DNA from: Cyanophora paradoxa CCMP329
Taxonomy: Eukaryota > Plantae > Glaucophyta
DNA length: 64,000 nucleotides
Reading direction: 5' to 3'
Assembly (NCBI GenBank): GCA_004431415.1
Contig: QPMI01000607.1
Coordinates: forward strand, 12,706 to 76,705
The stretch's first letter is position 1. Every line of letters begins with the position of its first letter. Below the pieces are notes generated by a model that was given only the letters and a program-made list of their open reading frames with translations, searched no databases and was not told the DNA's origin. A program made the position numbers and the translations under genes. Shown here piece by piece: positions 24,581-36,356 of this stretch.

Positions 24581-25929
24581 CTCGTGCTCCGCGTCCGCGT
24601 CCGAGCCCGAGTCCGACGTCTCCTCGCCGTCCCGATCCCGATCGGCCGCCTCGAGCTGGGTCTCGAACTCGGCCCGCTTCTGCTCCTCCCACTCGTTCAT
24701 CGGCCCGTCCTCGCCGGTGGGCTCGCCTCCGGATCCACCTCCGCCGCCGCCCGCGCCGGGGGCCTCGGTCTCCTCGCCCGCGCCCTCGCCCGCGCCCTCC
24801 TCGTCCTCCTCCTCGTCAAAGTCCTCGCGCTTGCACGTGTAGGCGTCGTAGAGGATGCGCTGCAGCTTCTCGCTCTCCCACGGCGGCCGCCGCTCCGACG
24901 AGGCGGGGCGGCGCTGCCGCTTGGCCGGCGGGCCCTTGGGCGCCTCGATGGCCAGCGGCGGCTCCTCGTCCTCGAGCTCGTCCTTGTCCTCGGCGGCCGC
25001 GGGGGCCATGCGCCTCGCGCGCGTCGCCCGGGCCGCCGGTGCCGGCGCCGGCGCCGGAGCTCCCCCGGCCGCCGCCGCAGAGCTCCCCTCGGGCGCCGTC
25101 GAGGCCTGCGAGGCCCCGGCGCGCCCCGAGCGGCGGGGCGTCGACGCGTTCGAGTCGGTCCCGCCCTTGCGCGCGGGCGCGGGCTGGGCGGCCGCGGGGA
25201 GCCCCCGGCGGGAGGCTCCTGGGAGGCAGACTCGGCCGCGGGCGCCGCCGGTCCCTGGACGAAGAGGGCCCCGCCCCGCCGCTCGTCGGGGGCGCGCGGC
25301 GGCACGAGGCCAGCGCGGCGAGCTGGATCGCGCGCGAGACGCCCTCGGCCGCCGTCCAGGACTCGGGGCGCTCGGCCTCGTGGACAAAGGCGCGGTAGGC
25401 GAGGTAGCCGTCGACGCGCGACGAGGGGACGAGCGCGGAGAGCGTCGGGTGCGGCTCGCTGCACGCGTTCTGGAGCATGGGGCACTCGACCTCGCCCTCT
25501 TCGTCCCCGGCCGCACCCGTGGGCGCCAGAACCTGCGCAGAAGGGGGCGTTGGGCGGGGGGGGAGGGGGGGGGGTACGGTGGGGGTACGGGCGCGGGGCC
25601 GGCACCTTGGGGACGCAGGCGAGGCACACGAGGCCGTGGCGCTGGAGCAGGTGGCCCGTCGGCTCGTCGTTGAGGTCGATCGCGCGGTCGAGGTCGCCCC
25701 CGCCGGCGAGCTCGGCGATGCTCCTGGCCAGGCATGCCGGCACGTACGCCGGCGGGAGGAGCCGCTCCGCGGCGCAGACGCTGCACCGGGGGCGCACGTC
25801 GAGCTCCAGCCAGGCCGAGATGTACTTGGGGCGGGCGATCCGCACGGGCCGCGCGTCGATCGGCGGGGCCCCCGATGCTGCATCCTCCTGGGAGGACGCC
25901 GCCTGCTTGCCCTTGGCCTTGGCCCCCAT
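23906..25929 (-). CDS. Hypothetical intron-containing protein (Cys-rich N-terminus, acidic linker, helical C-terminal domain)
   Basis: Protein-like segments lie in three minus frames (MGAKAKGKQ...CSVC...CLAC; VLAPTG...ECPMLQNAC; EDKDELEDEE...KSESDAP), separated by candidate GT-AG introns. Exon boundaries are approximate. Confidence 0.55.
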
Positions 25930-26640
25930 CGAGACCGCGGGACCCGTGTTCCCGGTACCCCCCGCTCGAGCCGAGGGGGGTACGCGGGCTCTTTCAATCC
26001 TGCACGCGGGAATGAGAATCCGTGGGGGTGGACTGCAGCTCTTTATGAATTTCCTCTGCGCGGGGATCGGCACCTGGGGGCGGGGGGAGGCCGCTGTACC
26101 CCTCCCCCGCGCCGCATGTGGTTCCACGGGGGGCTGCATGCCGGTCAGGGGGCGTTGAAGGGGGTACGGTGGGCGATGAAGTGAGAGAGGGGGTACCGAG
26201 CTCTAGGGGGAAGGGCTGACCGCGATGCAACCGATCGCCCCACTAAAGAGTGCAGGGGCCCCTCCCTCTGCGCAGCATTTCGACGTACCCTGTCGCCGCT
26301 TTGATCAGCCCCCCCCTCCCCCCTCGCGCGGCCGGCGGGCCGGGGCCGCGCGCGCAAGAGTCGGACCCGCGCACCGCGAGATGCAAGGCCGGGCGGAGAG
26401 CGTGCCGTCGGCGGCGCGGGGGGAGAGGCCGGGGCTCGCAAAGTCGGGCGCGTGGGGTGCGGCTTGTACCCCTCTCTTGCCTCTACTGGCCCTCTCCTAG
26501 CCCCTGGAGCGGCTGCATGACGGCCAAGGGGCGAGGAGGGGAGGGAGGGGGGGAGGGGGGGGGGGGGGGGAGGAGGGGGGAGTGAGGGGCAGGTCTACGA
26601 GTTTGGAGAAGAAAGAGGGTACCGGGAAATCTTTCGACGC

Positions 26641-27600
26641 GTGACCGCGATCCAGCCGGTTGCCGTACTCACTGCGCGGCGGGAAAACGCCGCCGTACCC
26701 CCCACCAGCCCTCGCCTCCTCCGGCCCTCTCCTAACCCCGGGAGCGGCTGCATGGTGGTCAGAGGGGGAGAGAGGGGGAGCGAGCAAGGTGGGGCTACAA
26801 GGTTTCAAGGGTAGAAAACAAGGGTACCGGGCGATCTTTTCAATGCGTGACCGCGATGCAGCCGGTTGCCGTACTTAACGCGCGGCTGGGGAACGCCGCC
26901 GTACCCCCCCTCCCGCCAGCCCTCGCCTCCTCCGGCCCTCTCCTAACCCCGGGAGCGGCTGCATGGTGGTCAGAGGGGGAGAGAGGGGGAGCGAGCAAGG
27001 TGGGGCTACAAGGTTTCAAGGGTAGAAAACAAGGGTACCGGGCGATCTTTTGTGACCGCGATGCAGCCGGTTGCCGTACTTGAACGCGCGGCTGGGGGAC
27101 GCCGCCGTACCCTCCCGCCAGCCCTCGCCTCCTCCGGCCCTCTCCTAACCCCGGGAGCGGCTGCATGGTGGTCAGAGGGGGAGAGAGGGGGAGCGAGCAA
27201 GGTGGGGCTACAAGGTTTCAAGGGTAGAAAACAAGGGTACCGGGCGATCTTTTCAATGCGTGACCGCGATGCAGCCGGTTGCCGTACTTAACGCGCGGCT
27301 GGGGAACGCCGCCGTACCCCCCCTCCCGCCAGCCCTCGCCTCCTCCGGCCCTCTCCTAACCCCGGGAGCGGCTGCATGGAGGTCAAAGGGGGAGCGAGCA
27401 GGGCAGGGCTACGAGGTTCAAGGACAAAAAAAGGGTACCGGGCCGTATGTCGATGCGCGGCCGCGATGCAGCCGCCTGCCGTACTTGCTGTACGGCGGAA
27501 AGGCGCCGCCGGACCCCCCTCTGTTTCAACCCCACCCCCGCCGGCCCTCTCCCGACCCCGCGAGCGGCTGCACGACGGTCAGGCGGGGAGAGAGCCGGGC
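26641..27600. repeat. ~206-bp tandem repeat (4 good copies plus degenerate flanking copies)
   Basis: GTGACCGCGAT(G/C)CAGCCGGTTGCCGTACT begins at 26641, 26847, 27052 and 27260. Confidence 0.9.
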
Positions 27601-28762
27601 AGGGTACGGGAGCGCGGACGAAGTTCTCCCCACGTACCCCCGCGTGACGGCACCTGCTGCGGGCGGCGTTTCGCGCCGGCGGCCGGCGTCGGGCCGGCGC
27701 AGCGCTAGAGGTGCGCCGCGAACCGTCGCACGCGTCCGCCTCGCGTCTCCTCTACCCCCGGGATCCCTCCCCCTGCGGGCGGGAGACGGCTGCATCGCGG
27801 TCAGACGGGCGGGCGAGCGGGAGGTCGGGGCGGGGGGAAAGACGGGGGAGCGCACGGCGCGGCCCGCAGAGCTCGAGGCGGCCGACCCGGTGCGACCCGA
27901 AAGCGGCCGACCCGGGACGAGGGCGCGGGGGATGGGGGGAGGGAGGGGGCGGGCGGGGGCGCGCTTGGAACCGTACCCCCCGCGCTCCATCGCACGCCGC
28001 CTTGATCCGCCCGACGGCCGCATCCTGGCCAGAGGGATCAGATCCAGAGGGCGCGGCGGGACGGGAATCGGGGGCGGGACGCACGGGTACGACCCGCTGC
28101 GCCGCCACCAAGCGTAAGGCGGCTCGGCGGCTCGACGAGCGCCGACCGGCGCGCCGCGCGGCGGGCCCGCTCACGCCTCTCGCAGCCCCGCCGCGGTCCG
28201 AGCAAGGGCTGGACTGCGGTCAGCGCACCCCGCGCGCGCGGGGAAACGGGGACGCGCGCGGCGAGAGCGCACACGCACTAGTACTCGGGTCCCGGGGGGC
28301 GGGGCGCGTGCGCCGGCCACGATGCAGCCGATCGCGGGACGACGATGCCGAGAGCTGGCTGCAGCGATGATGCGCAGGCGCAGGCGGCGCTGGAGCCGGG
28401 CGGCCAAGCTCAAGGATCGGCAGCGGCTCGGATCGCCAGCAGGATCGCAGCGAGGGCGCCGGTGAAGAGCTAGAGGACACCTGCCGTGCGCAAGAAGCCG
28501 ATGCCCTCCGGCCGCTCGCCCGCCTCGAGCGAGGCCTCGGGCCGAAGACGCGCGGGGGCGGCGAGCGGCGAAAAGCTCGACCTGCCGCGAGGTTCCTCGC
28601 GCACGCGACGCGCCCCAGGACGCGCAACCTCCTCGCCACGCGCACCCGAGAACGCCCCAAGCCGACCCGGCTAGGCTCAATGCGTACCCCTTTTTGCGCC
28701 GGCCAGCGGCGGCTTGCGGCTAGCCCGGCTTGAGGACTCGTCGAGCGCTCAACGAGTCCTCG

Positions 28763-30310
28763 ATGGAGGTTAGCGTTCCAATCGAGTTCAACACGGTCGG
28801 CAAGTGCATCTTTGAGATTGCAACCGCCCTGGAAGCCGCCGGCTGGGCGGGGGCCTGCGCAGTCTGCCGGCGTAACAGCGAAAAGCCCGTCGTCTGCCCC
28901 TGCATCGAAGCCGAGCTGGAGACGCTGCTAGGGCGGCCGGACGAGCGGTGCAGCGGAGCCGGCGGAGAGCGGCCAGCGCCGGCCGTGGAAGCGGCCCTGA
29001 AACTCAGCCTCGATGCGCTGCGGTGCTCCAGCTGCGCCACGGGATCTGGCGCGGCGGATCACGAGCACTCGGCGCTGTACGAGAAGCTCCGGGAGGTTCT
29101 AAAGACGGGCGCCGGCTTGCGGTGCCTCGGCTGCATCGGCCAGGAAGCCAGCATAGCGCTCGGTGCGTGTCCCCCGCGCCGCGTGCCGGCGCGTCGGCGG
29201 AGCGCGCTCCCGCGCATTAGCTATAGGGCGCTGCCGGCGCAGCCAGCGTTAGCTCGCGACGCCCGCTGCCGGCCGGCCGCCGACCTCGCCTTTTGCGCAG
29301 ACCAGGGCAGGAACCCTACCGGCGTCCAGTGCGATAGGTGTCAGAAAACGAGGGACGTGGGCGAGTTTGTGCACTGCTCCCTGCTGGAGGCGTGCCTCTG
29401 GGCGCGGCGCTTCATCGGCAAGGAGCCCCCGGAGCCCCCCGTCTGCAGGCCCGTTCTGGAAGTCTTCCGCGAACTTTGCATCGGGAGCTACATGGGTGTC
29501 GCACCGGGCGGGGCCACGGGTAAGGCCTTGCCAACCCCTTGCCGCGTCGCGCCGCGGACCGAGTCGCGCCGCTCACTCTCTTCCGCGCCCGCGCGCCGCG
29601 CGCCGCGCGTGCAGAGCGCCCTTGCCTCGGAGACGGGTCGTCCGAGGGTGCGCCGCGCGCGCTCCTCCGGCTTACCCTTCTATCAATTCACTCGCGCGCG
29701 CTCAGGGGAGGCCTGCGCGGCGCTCGAGGGGCGAGGGGGCGAGCCGGGGAGCCCGGAAGCATCGGACGAAGAGGGCGGTGCGCGCTCCGCCCCACGCCCG
29801 GCCGCGGCCTCGAGCGCGTGCCTAGAAGAATCGAGGCGAAAGGGGGGAGGGGGGAACCAACGGTGGGCCCCGCCACGCACGCGCGCAGATGCCCCGGCCG
29901 TCCCGGAGCCCCACACGGGTACGCCGCTCCGCTCACCCACGCCCTCCCCACCTACCCCCAAGCCGCGCCCATGTACCCCGGGCTCTGCGTGCGCCGACGT
30001 CGAGCGCAACGCAGAGCCGCCCAATGCACCCGGAGAGGGGGCCGGCGTGGGGAGCTCGGGGGGCGACAGGGGTGCGCCCGACGGCAAGGGGGGTACGGGC
30101 TTCCCGCCCCACGCCAACTCGCCGCGCCTTGCCAACCCTGCGCTCGATTTTGAAGCCGCCCCAGCGCCCGAAGAAGCACCCCTTGTCGAAGACGGGAGCG
30201 ACGGAGACGACGAGGCCGGCGAGGAGGGCGGGGGCGGCGAGAGAGGAGCGCCCACGGCAGGCCCCAGCTCTGCCGAGCAGCGCGGCAACGGCGGCGGCGT
30301 TGGCAGCGGC

Positions 30311-30341
<31 letters not shown>

Positions 30342-31402
30342 GCAGCGGCGGCAGCGGCCGCCCGAAGAGGGGCGCGGCGGCGGCGGCGGCGGCGGCAGCA
30401 GCAGCAGCAGCAGCAACAGCGGCGGCGGCGGAGGCGGCGGCACCTGCCGCCGCCGCAGAGGGCGGAGAGGCGGGGGGCGGAAAGGGGTCGCAAAGCAAGA
30501 AGAAGAAGAAGAGCGGAGCCGGCAGCGGCAAGCCCGCCCCCAAGAAGAGCGGAGCCGACGAGGCGGGGCCCTCCGGTGCCGAGGACGACGACGTGGGGCG
30601 CTCCCTGCAGCTGGTGGACAACGACTACGACGAGGAGCGGCCCCGCAAGGGCCCGCGATCCCTCGCCGAGCGGCTGCGGAACCCAAAGGTGGTCGAGGTG
30701 CTCCGGAAGGCGTTCGCGGAGCCCAGCCCCGCCGCCGACGGCTCGGGGGCCCCGGGCCCGAGCAGCGGCAACAAGGGCAAGGCCGCGGCCGGCTCGAAGC
30801 GGGAAAGGGGCGCGGAGGCCGGCGCAGAGGCGGAGCCGGATCCGGGGCGCCAGCAGCTCGAGCAGCTCGACCTGGACCTTCGGGGCGGCAAGCGGGCCGC
30901 CGTCGAGACGGTCGGCGAGCAGGTATGCGAGACCAAGGCCGTCCTCGAGGCGCTGGAGCGCAGGTTCGGGGGGGCGGAGGAGCAGCGCATGCGGGGCGGC
31001 TTCCTCGTCGCGGCGGGCGTTCTGCACCTCGCGGAGAAAAAGTTGGGAGGGGGCAGGCGAGGGCGCTACGATCGCCTGAAGGGGCTCCGCGGCGGCGACA
31101 AGAACGGCCTCGGCTGCCACTGGCCGGCGATCCAGAAGGAGGTGGAGGGCAAGTTCGGAGACGCGCTGCGGGCGGGGCACTTTCTCGTCGACCAGCGGAC
31201 GTTTAGCGCCCTGCTGAGTGTAGGCGCCCTCGTCCGCGAGCGCCCGGCCTACGCCAACGTAGTGGGCCCCGTCCGCGCCCTCGAGTTTTTCCGCTGCCTC
31301 GCCATCGTGGCCAAGGCGGGTGAAGACGAGCTGCGCGAGCTGCGGGCGAGCCTCGGGCCCAATTGCAAATTGTCCGCCGAGCTCTTTTTCGCCAACAAGT
31401 AG
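28763..31402 (+). CDS. Hypothetical Cys-rich protein with a Gly/Ala low-complexity linker and basic NLS-like run; probably has introns
   Basis: Open frame of about 880 aa with CxxC pairs (CAVC, CSSC, CLGC, CDRC), (GCG/GCA)n repeats, KKKKK and a globular-looking C-terminus. Confidence 0.55.
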
Positions 31403-31550
31403 AGCAGCTGCGGCCCCCTTGATTCCACCCCCACCCGCGCGCTGAGTATACGTAGCCCGAATGAACACTGCAAACTTTTCAAAGTTCTCATTGCGGCGGG
31501 CGGGAATAAATTGGAACATGCCTCGCATTAATACACAGATCAATTAAAGT

Positions 31551-33303
31551 CTAGGATGGGGAAATAGATGGCGGGATCGATATCGAGGCGGGCGCCCCGA
31601 ACAGGCTGCTGGGGAGGTCGTCAAAGGACCACGTGGCCGCCCAGCGCCGCTCCAGACCGTCGTCCCGCGTCAGCATCCAGAGCATCTCGGCCGCCGCTCT
31701 TTGCGGCGGCGGCAAGGAAGGGGAGGGGCGCAGGGGCGCCGCTGCGGGGGCCCGGGGGGTCGGGACTGAGACGGGCGCCCCGAACAGGCTGCTGGGGAGG
31801 TCGTCAAAGGACCACGTGGCCGCCCAGCGCCGCTCCAGACCGTCGTCCCGCGTCAGCATCGAGACAATCTCGGCCAACGGCGACAGCTTCTGCCGCCGCC
31901 GGCGGCGGCTGCCGCTGCTGCCGGCGCCGGCGGCCGAGCCCGGGGCGCGCCGCTTCTTCGACTTTGCGCCGCTGCCCTTGCGCTTCGAAGTCGCCCTCAG
32001 GACGGGCGGGCTGTCCCACCACTCGCCGAAACGCGGGTCGAGGGGAAAGGGCTCGGGAGGGGCCGGCCCGTCGCCGTGAGCGGCGCGCTTCGGCGCCCCG
32101 CCGTCCGAGCGGCCCAGCCGTCGCTTTGTGTGCTCCGACTCGAGCACCTCGTCGCGGCTGCACGTCCCGAGCCTGGACTCTTCCAGCGCCTCGAACAGCC
32201 GCGGAAAGTAGCCGCCGCCTGCGGCCGGTCCGGATCAGATCGTCCCACAGCGAGGCGGGAGAGGCGGCGGCGGCGGGGGGCGATACCGTAGCTGGACAGG
32301 AGGATCTGCGGCGGACGGAAGAAGCCGACGTCAGCCGCCGGCAGCCGCCGAGGCCGCGACAGGCACGATGCGCACCTCTTGGCCGTGCCGAATGGATTTG
32401 GTGGCGCGGACGGTGACCGTCTTCCTCCTGGTGTCGGCCGAGAACCTGGCGTTGGCCCTTGACCGGACGGGATACGCGCAGTTGAGGAAGCGCCCCGTAA
32501 AGTTCTCCAGCGCCGCATCGATGTAGTGGCAGGAATCGATTTTGAAGCAGTAGCTGCGCCCGCCGGGCCCCGCGCAGGTCGTGAGAGATGGTTGGGGCGA
32601 GCCGGACGGCGGACGCCCAGGCGCTCCGGCGGGGCGCAAGGGTGGGGAGCTTACACCCAGTCCCCGGTCCCCTCCATCTGGTCGAGCACGTGAGGGTCCG
32701 GGTTGCACAGCAGGATCCTGCGCGAGAGGCTCGGGGGGCGAGCTTGCAGGGGCGGAGACGGAGCAGCGCCCGCGCGGGGACCGGCGCACCCGTCGTACGG
32801 GCAGATAAAGTAGCGCGCGCTCGGTCCAAAGACCTCGACCTCTTCCGGCCTCTTTCCGAGGGCCGCCGCCGCCGCCAGCGCCTCGGGCGACGCCACCGCG
32901 AACAGTCCCTCGCCGTCGCACACCGTGGATCGGCCGATCCGAAGCTGTTTTGGGCGGATTCGCTCTCAGAAAAGGAAACAAAAACAGATTTTGGCCAGGC
33001 CGGCCCGCCGCCGCGCACCCCACACTGGGCGAGGTGCTCCGCGCATAGCGGCGTCTTCTTTGTGAGCGCGGTGCAGCCCTTCCGCGCGCATCTCCGCAGA
33101 TGAGACTCTTCGGACAGCCGTAGTCGGAGCTTCTCGCACTGCCCGCGGTCGTACTTTGCAAGGCGCTCCTGCACGAGCTGCAGCTGGACCCGCGCCTGAT
33201 CAGCGCTCTGCCGCGGGGTCTTCTTCGGACGCGGCGGTGGGATCGATATGCATTGTGTGATCCGGAACTGTCGCAGGGCGCGTGAGGCCTCGCGGGAAGG
33301 CAT
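31551..33303 (-). CDS. SET-domain lysine methyltransferase, multi-exon
   Basis: GEGLFA, ICPYDG, YCFKIDSCHYIDA, GRFLNC, NARF, VRATKSIRHGQE|ILLSSYG (joined across a GT-AG intron). Upstream C-x4-C...PLCAEHL motif. Gene ends are approximate. Confidence 0.78.
31589..31860. repeat. 89-bp direct repeat, period 183 bp (encodes MLTRDDGLERRWAATWSFDDLPSSLFGAP twice)
   Basis: 31589-31677 matches 31772-31860. Confidence 0.85.
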
Positions 33304-33423
33304 GGCCCATGCCGCGCGTCGCGTGCGTGTCTACCCCCAGCTTGGCGGCAGCGCCGCGCGTTTAAAAACGTAGAACCGCTGCAGCTCGCCCCGGGGGCAA
33401 GGATGGACGCCACGAATGCAGCG

Positions 33424-33720
33424 ACACATAGACAATGCCCGCGTTTTATCCCTCGGCTAAGTTTAATTATAATTTGTTTATAATTTACCTATATTTCTTG
33501 CATATTTAACGTTAATTTATGTGTATTTTATCCTTTATTCTTGTCTTTTATGTGCGTATTTCATATATAATACTAACGTATCCCTTACTGAAATTTAATG
33601 TATTCGTATCTCCGATGTATTTTACCTCTATCTCTCGTAATCACTTGTATTTGAGGTGGATTTTAAACTTAGATAAATTATATCACGCCTCCTGATAAAA
33701 CGCGGGCATTGTCTATGTGT
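33424..33720. repeat. Hairpin module, diverged copy 3 (perfect 27-bp inverted repeats, 297 bp)
   Basis: ACACATAGACAATGCCCGCGTTTTATC (33424-33450) is the exact reverse complement of 33694-33720. Confidence 0.9.
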
Positions 33721-34064
33721 GATATTACGCATTATCGTGTATAATGATATGGAAATAATATGTGTATGCATTGTGAATGAATAATATGTAAAATATGTAA
33801 AATGTATCAAAAGAAATATGTATGAAATTCTAACGGAATTCCGTCGAAAAATAATAAAATGTACTTTCTCGATTAAATGCGTAGCATATATGGAGCGGAT
33901 ATGGCGCCGCGATTGTGTTAAAACAGCTACAATGTGCTGTATGGAGCGCGGGGTGTATAATACAACAAGGATAATATATGATACTTGATGATACTTTATG
34001 ATTACTTATAGTATTTTATGACTGATATTATGTTATTTTAATGGGTTCTTACTGATAATGGTAT

Positions 34065-34156
34065 GTGTTACAGGTGTTACAGGTTCATCCCAAACTTTCC
34101 CTAGGAGGAGGTCGGCGGCTTGGAACTTTGGGATTGACCTGTAACACCTGTAACAC
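34065..34156. repeat. Inverted iteron-like palindrome (GTGTTACAG x2 per arm)
   Basis: GTGTTACAGGTGTTACAGGTTCATCCCAAA...TTTGGGATTGACCTGTAACACCTGTAACAC. Confidence 0.85.
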
Positions 34157-34205
34157 CACACTGAAAAACAATTAATTAACCTGTTACATCTTCTTTTACC
34201 ACTTA

Positions 34206-34662
34206 TTACCGTGTCGGAAATCTCGATACTTTATGTCTCTCCGTATTAGGAGATCCACCAAAGATACCTATTATCCTCTCTTCTATTAACGATGATATAT
34301 TACATGTCTTTCCCTCCGCGTCCCTTCCGCAACTGAATATATCGATGGCTAACATGCCCTCGTCTGAGTAACAATGAGCGGTGCAATGACTCTCATCTAA
34401 TAGGAGAACTAATGTAAAACCCGGAGGTGAAAGACCACCATCGAAAATCTCGTAATGCTTGTGAACTACTCGTATACCTTGTTCTTGTATAATATCTTGT
34501 AAAAAGTGCATTAACCATTTTGTTGTGGTCTCTAAGTTGTCCACTCCCGTAATTAGAAGAAGAAGAGTATGTATAAGACACGCCCAAGCCGGTTGTGCGG
34601 TTTTTAATTAGCGGACTCGAAAACTTGTAATCTAACATCACATGGAAGCCCCGATGGTTCAT
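34206..34662 (-). CDS. speD: Prokaryotic-type S-adenosylmethionine decarboxylase (SpeD/SpeH family) homologue; one frameshift at about 34545
   Basis: N-terminal RGFHVMLDY joins PPGFTLVLLLDESHCTAHCYSDEGMLAIDIFSCG. E-S-H is the pyruvoyl self-cleavage site. The shift is near a GGG run. Confidence 0.88.
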
Positions 34663-34706
34663 TTATGAATTATATAGAAAAATTAAATTACGGAAATAAG
34701 GTAAAG

Positions 34707-36107
34707 ATGCCGTCAGCACAGATAGGATTAAGACCCACTCCAAAGATCGTAAAGAAGAGCATGAAAGAAGATCAGGGTAACATGCTACCTATAACCATTC
34801 CGATAGAACAGAAAAACACACGAATTTTAAAGAAGTCTGAGATAGTTAAAGAACTGATCCCGGAGGCATTGCCTACTGATACTGTAACGAAAGAATCTAA
34901 GATTGCTAAGAAGTTTTACGATCCGCGCACCGGATACAAGGGTTTCGGAGCTATGAGGAAGGAGTTACCAGATGAAGACTATAAGAAGATGAAAGAATGG
35001 TATGATAAACAGGAAGTCGTTCAGATTAACGCGCCTACCCTTTCAAGAAAGAGAGACCCGATGATACCAATTAGGCAACCTCTCGATACCTATGTTATAG
35101 ATCTTCTGTTTTTCCCGGCTTATAAGAAGCAAAATGACGGATACGATACGTTTATGTCCGCGATGGAATCAACGCTTAGAACAGGTTATATTATTCCGAT
35201 GAGAGATAAGAGCGCTATTACGACTCTTGCCGCTTTCGAACAGCTACAAAAGAGAGTCCCTCGACCTATCGCACGCGTCCAAAGTGATAGCGGGAGCGAA
35301 TTTACGAATACGGTGTTCACTAACTACCTTGCTAAGAAGTTCATCGATCATCAGATTAGCGATGTCGCAGATCATCGTAGTCAGGGTAGAATTGAAGCGT
35401 TTAACAAGCAGATCAAGCGGCTTATTACGAACTATTGCATAGCAAACAACACAGCGCGATTTTTCGATGTATTGGGTGACATTGAGTATAATTATAATCA
35501 TACTGTTCATTCAGCGACTAAGAGAAAACCCGCAGAAACCACAGATGAGCATTATAGAGAGATCATAGGTTTAGAAGACGAGAAGTTTAAGAAGTCGATG
35601 GCTTACTTAGACGGTATTCAAAAGGGTATGTTTGTGCGGGTGAGAATAGAAAAGAACCCATTCGCTAAACAGGGTGTCAATTGGTCGCGGATCGTTTATA
35701 CTGTCGAGGGTAGGGAGGGTTTTAAGTTTCGGTTACGAAATCCGAATGGTGAATTGGTCGATGGAAGGTTTGCTTTCCACGAACTGTTACCTATCAAAGG
35801 TGTAGAGTATCATGAGGCGCCCACAGGTGATGCATTAGAACAAGCCAAAGAAGAAGCGCGTGTGGATGCGGCGATACGAAAGGAAGGCATCGAAAAAGCG
35901 GATGATGTCCCAGAAGAACCGCTAACACAAGCCAGAACTAAGAAGAAAGGGAAGGCGGAGCGTGAAATTAAGAAGTTGGTCATAGCAGGAACCCAGAAGC
36001 TATCAGAGGTCAACAGCCAGAGATGGTATACAGACTTCCAGACCTCAAAAGAGACATATACAGCACCTCAAACCCGGGTAAATCTACGATCCAGTTCCCG
36101 GAAGTAG
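34707..36107 (+). CDS. Polinton-type retroviral-like (rve, DDE) integrase
   Basis: YYDP-like FYDPRTGY, YVIDL, VQSDSGSEF, GRIEAFNKQIK, YNHTVHSATKRKP and SH3-like VRVR...NWS. Confidence 0.92.
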   Translation: MPSAQIGLRPTPKIVKKSMKEDQGNMLPITIPIEQKNTRILKKSEIVKELIPEALPTDTVTKESKIAKKFYDPRTGYKGFGAMRKELPDEDYKKMKEWYDKQEVVQINAPTLSRKRDPMIPIRQPLDTYVIDLLFFPAYKKQNDGYDTFMSAMESTLRTGYIIPMRDKSAITTLAAFEQLQKRVPRPIARVQSDSGSEFTNTVFTNYLAKKFIDHQISDVADHRSQGRIEAFNKQIKRLITNYCIANNTARFFDVLGDIEYNYNHTVHSATKRKPAETTDEHYREIIGLEDEKFKKSMAYLDGIQKGMFVRVRIEKNPFAKQGVNWSRIVYTVEGREGFKFRLRNPNGELVDGRFAFHELLPIKGVEYHEAPTGDALEQAKEEARVDAAIRKEGIEKADDVPEEPLTQARTKKKGKAEREIKKLVIAGTQKLSEVNSQRWYTDFQTSKETYTAPQTRVNLRSSSRK

Positions 36108-36233
36108 CTTAGATGCGTAGAGGATGAAAAGAGGATTCCGGCGATGGTCGCGGTTTTGAAAGGCGATCAGTTGGTGAAGAGTTATAGCAGTTTGTATGAA
36201 TTTCTTGGAATTTTTGGTTTCTTTGGGTTTCTT

Positions 36234-36356
36234 CCCCCATCGTTCTGACTATTTCCCCCATTGTTCTGACTATTTCCCCCATTGTTCTGAAACCATCCCC
36301 CATCGTCCTGAAACCATCCCCCATTGTCCTGAAATCATCCCCCCATCGTCCTGAAA
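36234..36356. repeat. 21-bp tandem repeat (about 6 copies, CCCCAT(C/T)GT(T/C)CTGA...)
   Basis: Visible directly. It produces the spurious (RTMGDGF)n ORF. Confidence 0.85.

Noticed and set aside
23744-30700. Long antisense or alternative-frame ORFs (for example 23744-26158 + and 29933-31543 -)
   Set aside because: They are Arg/Ala/Gly/Pro-rich shadows of very GC-rich coding sequence on the other strand or frame.
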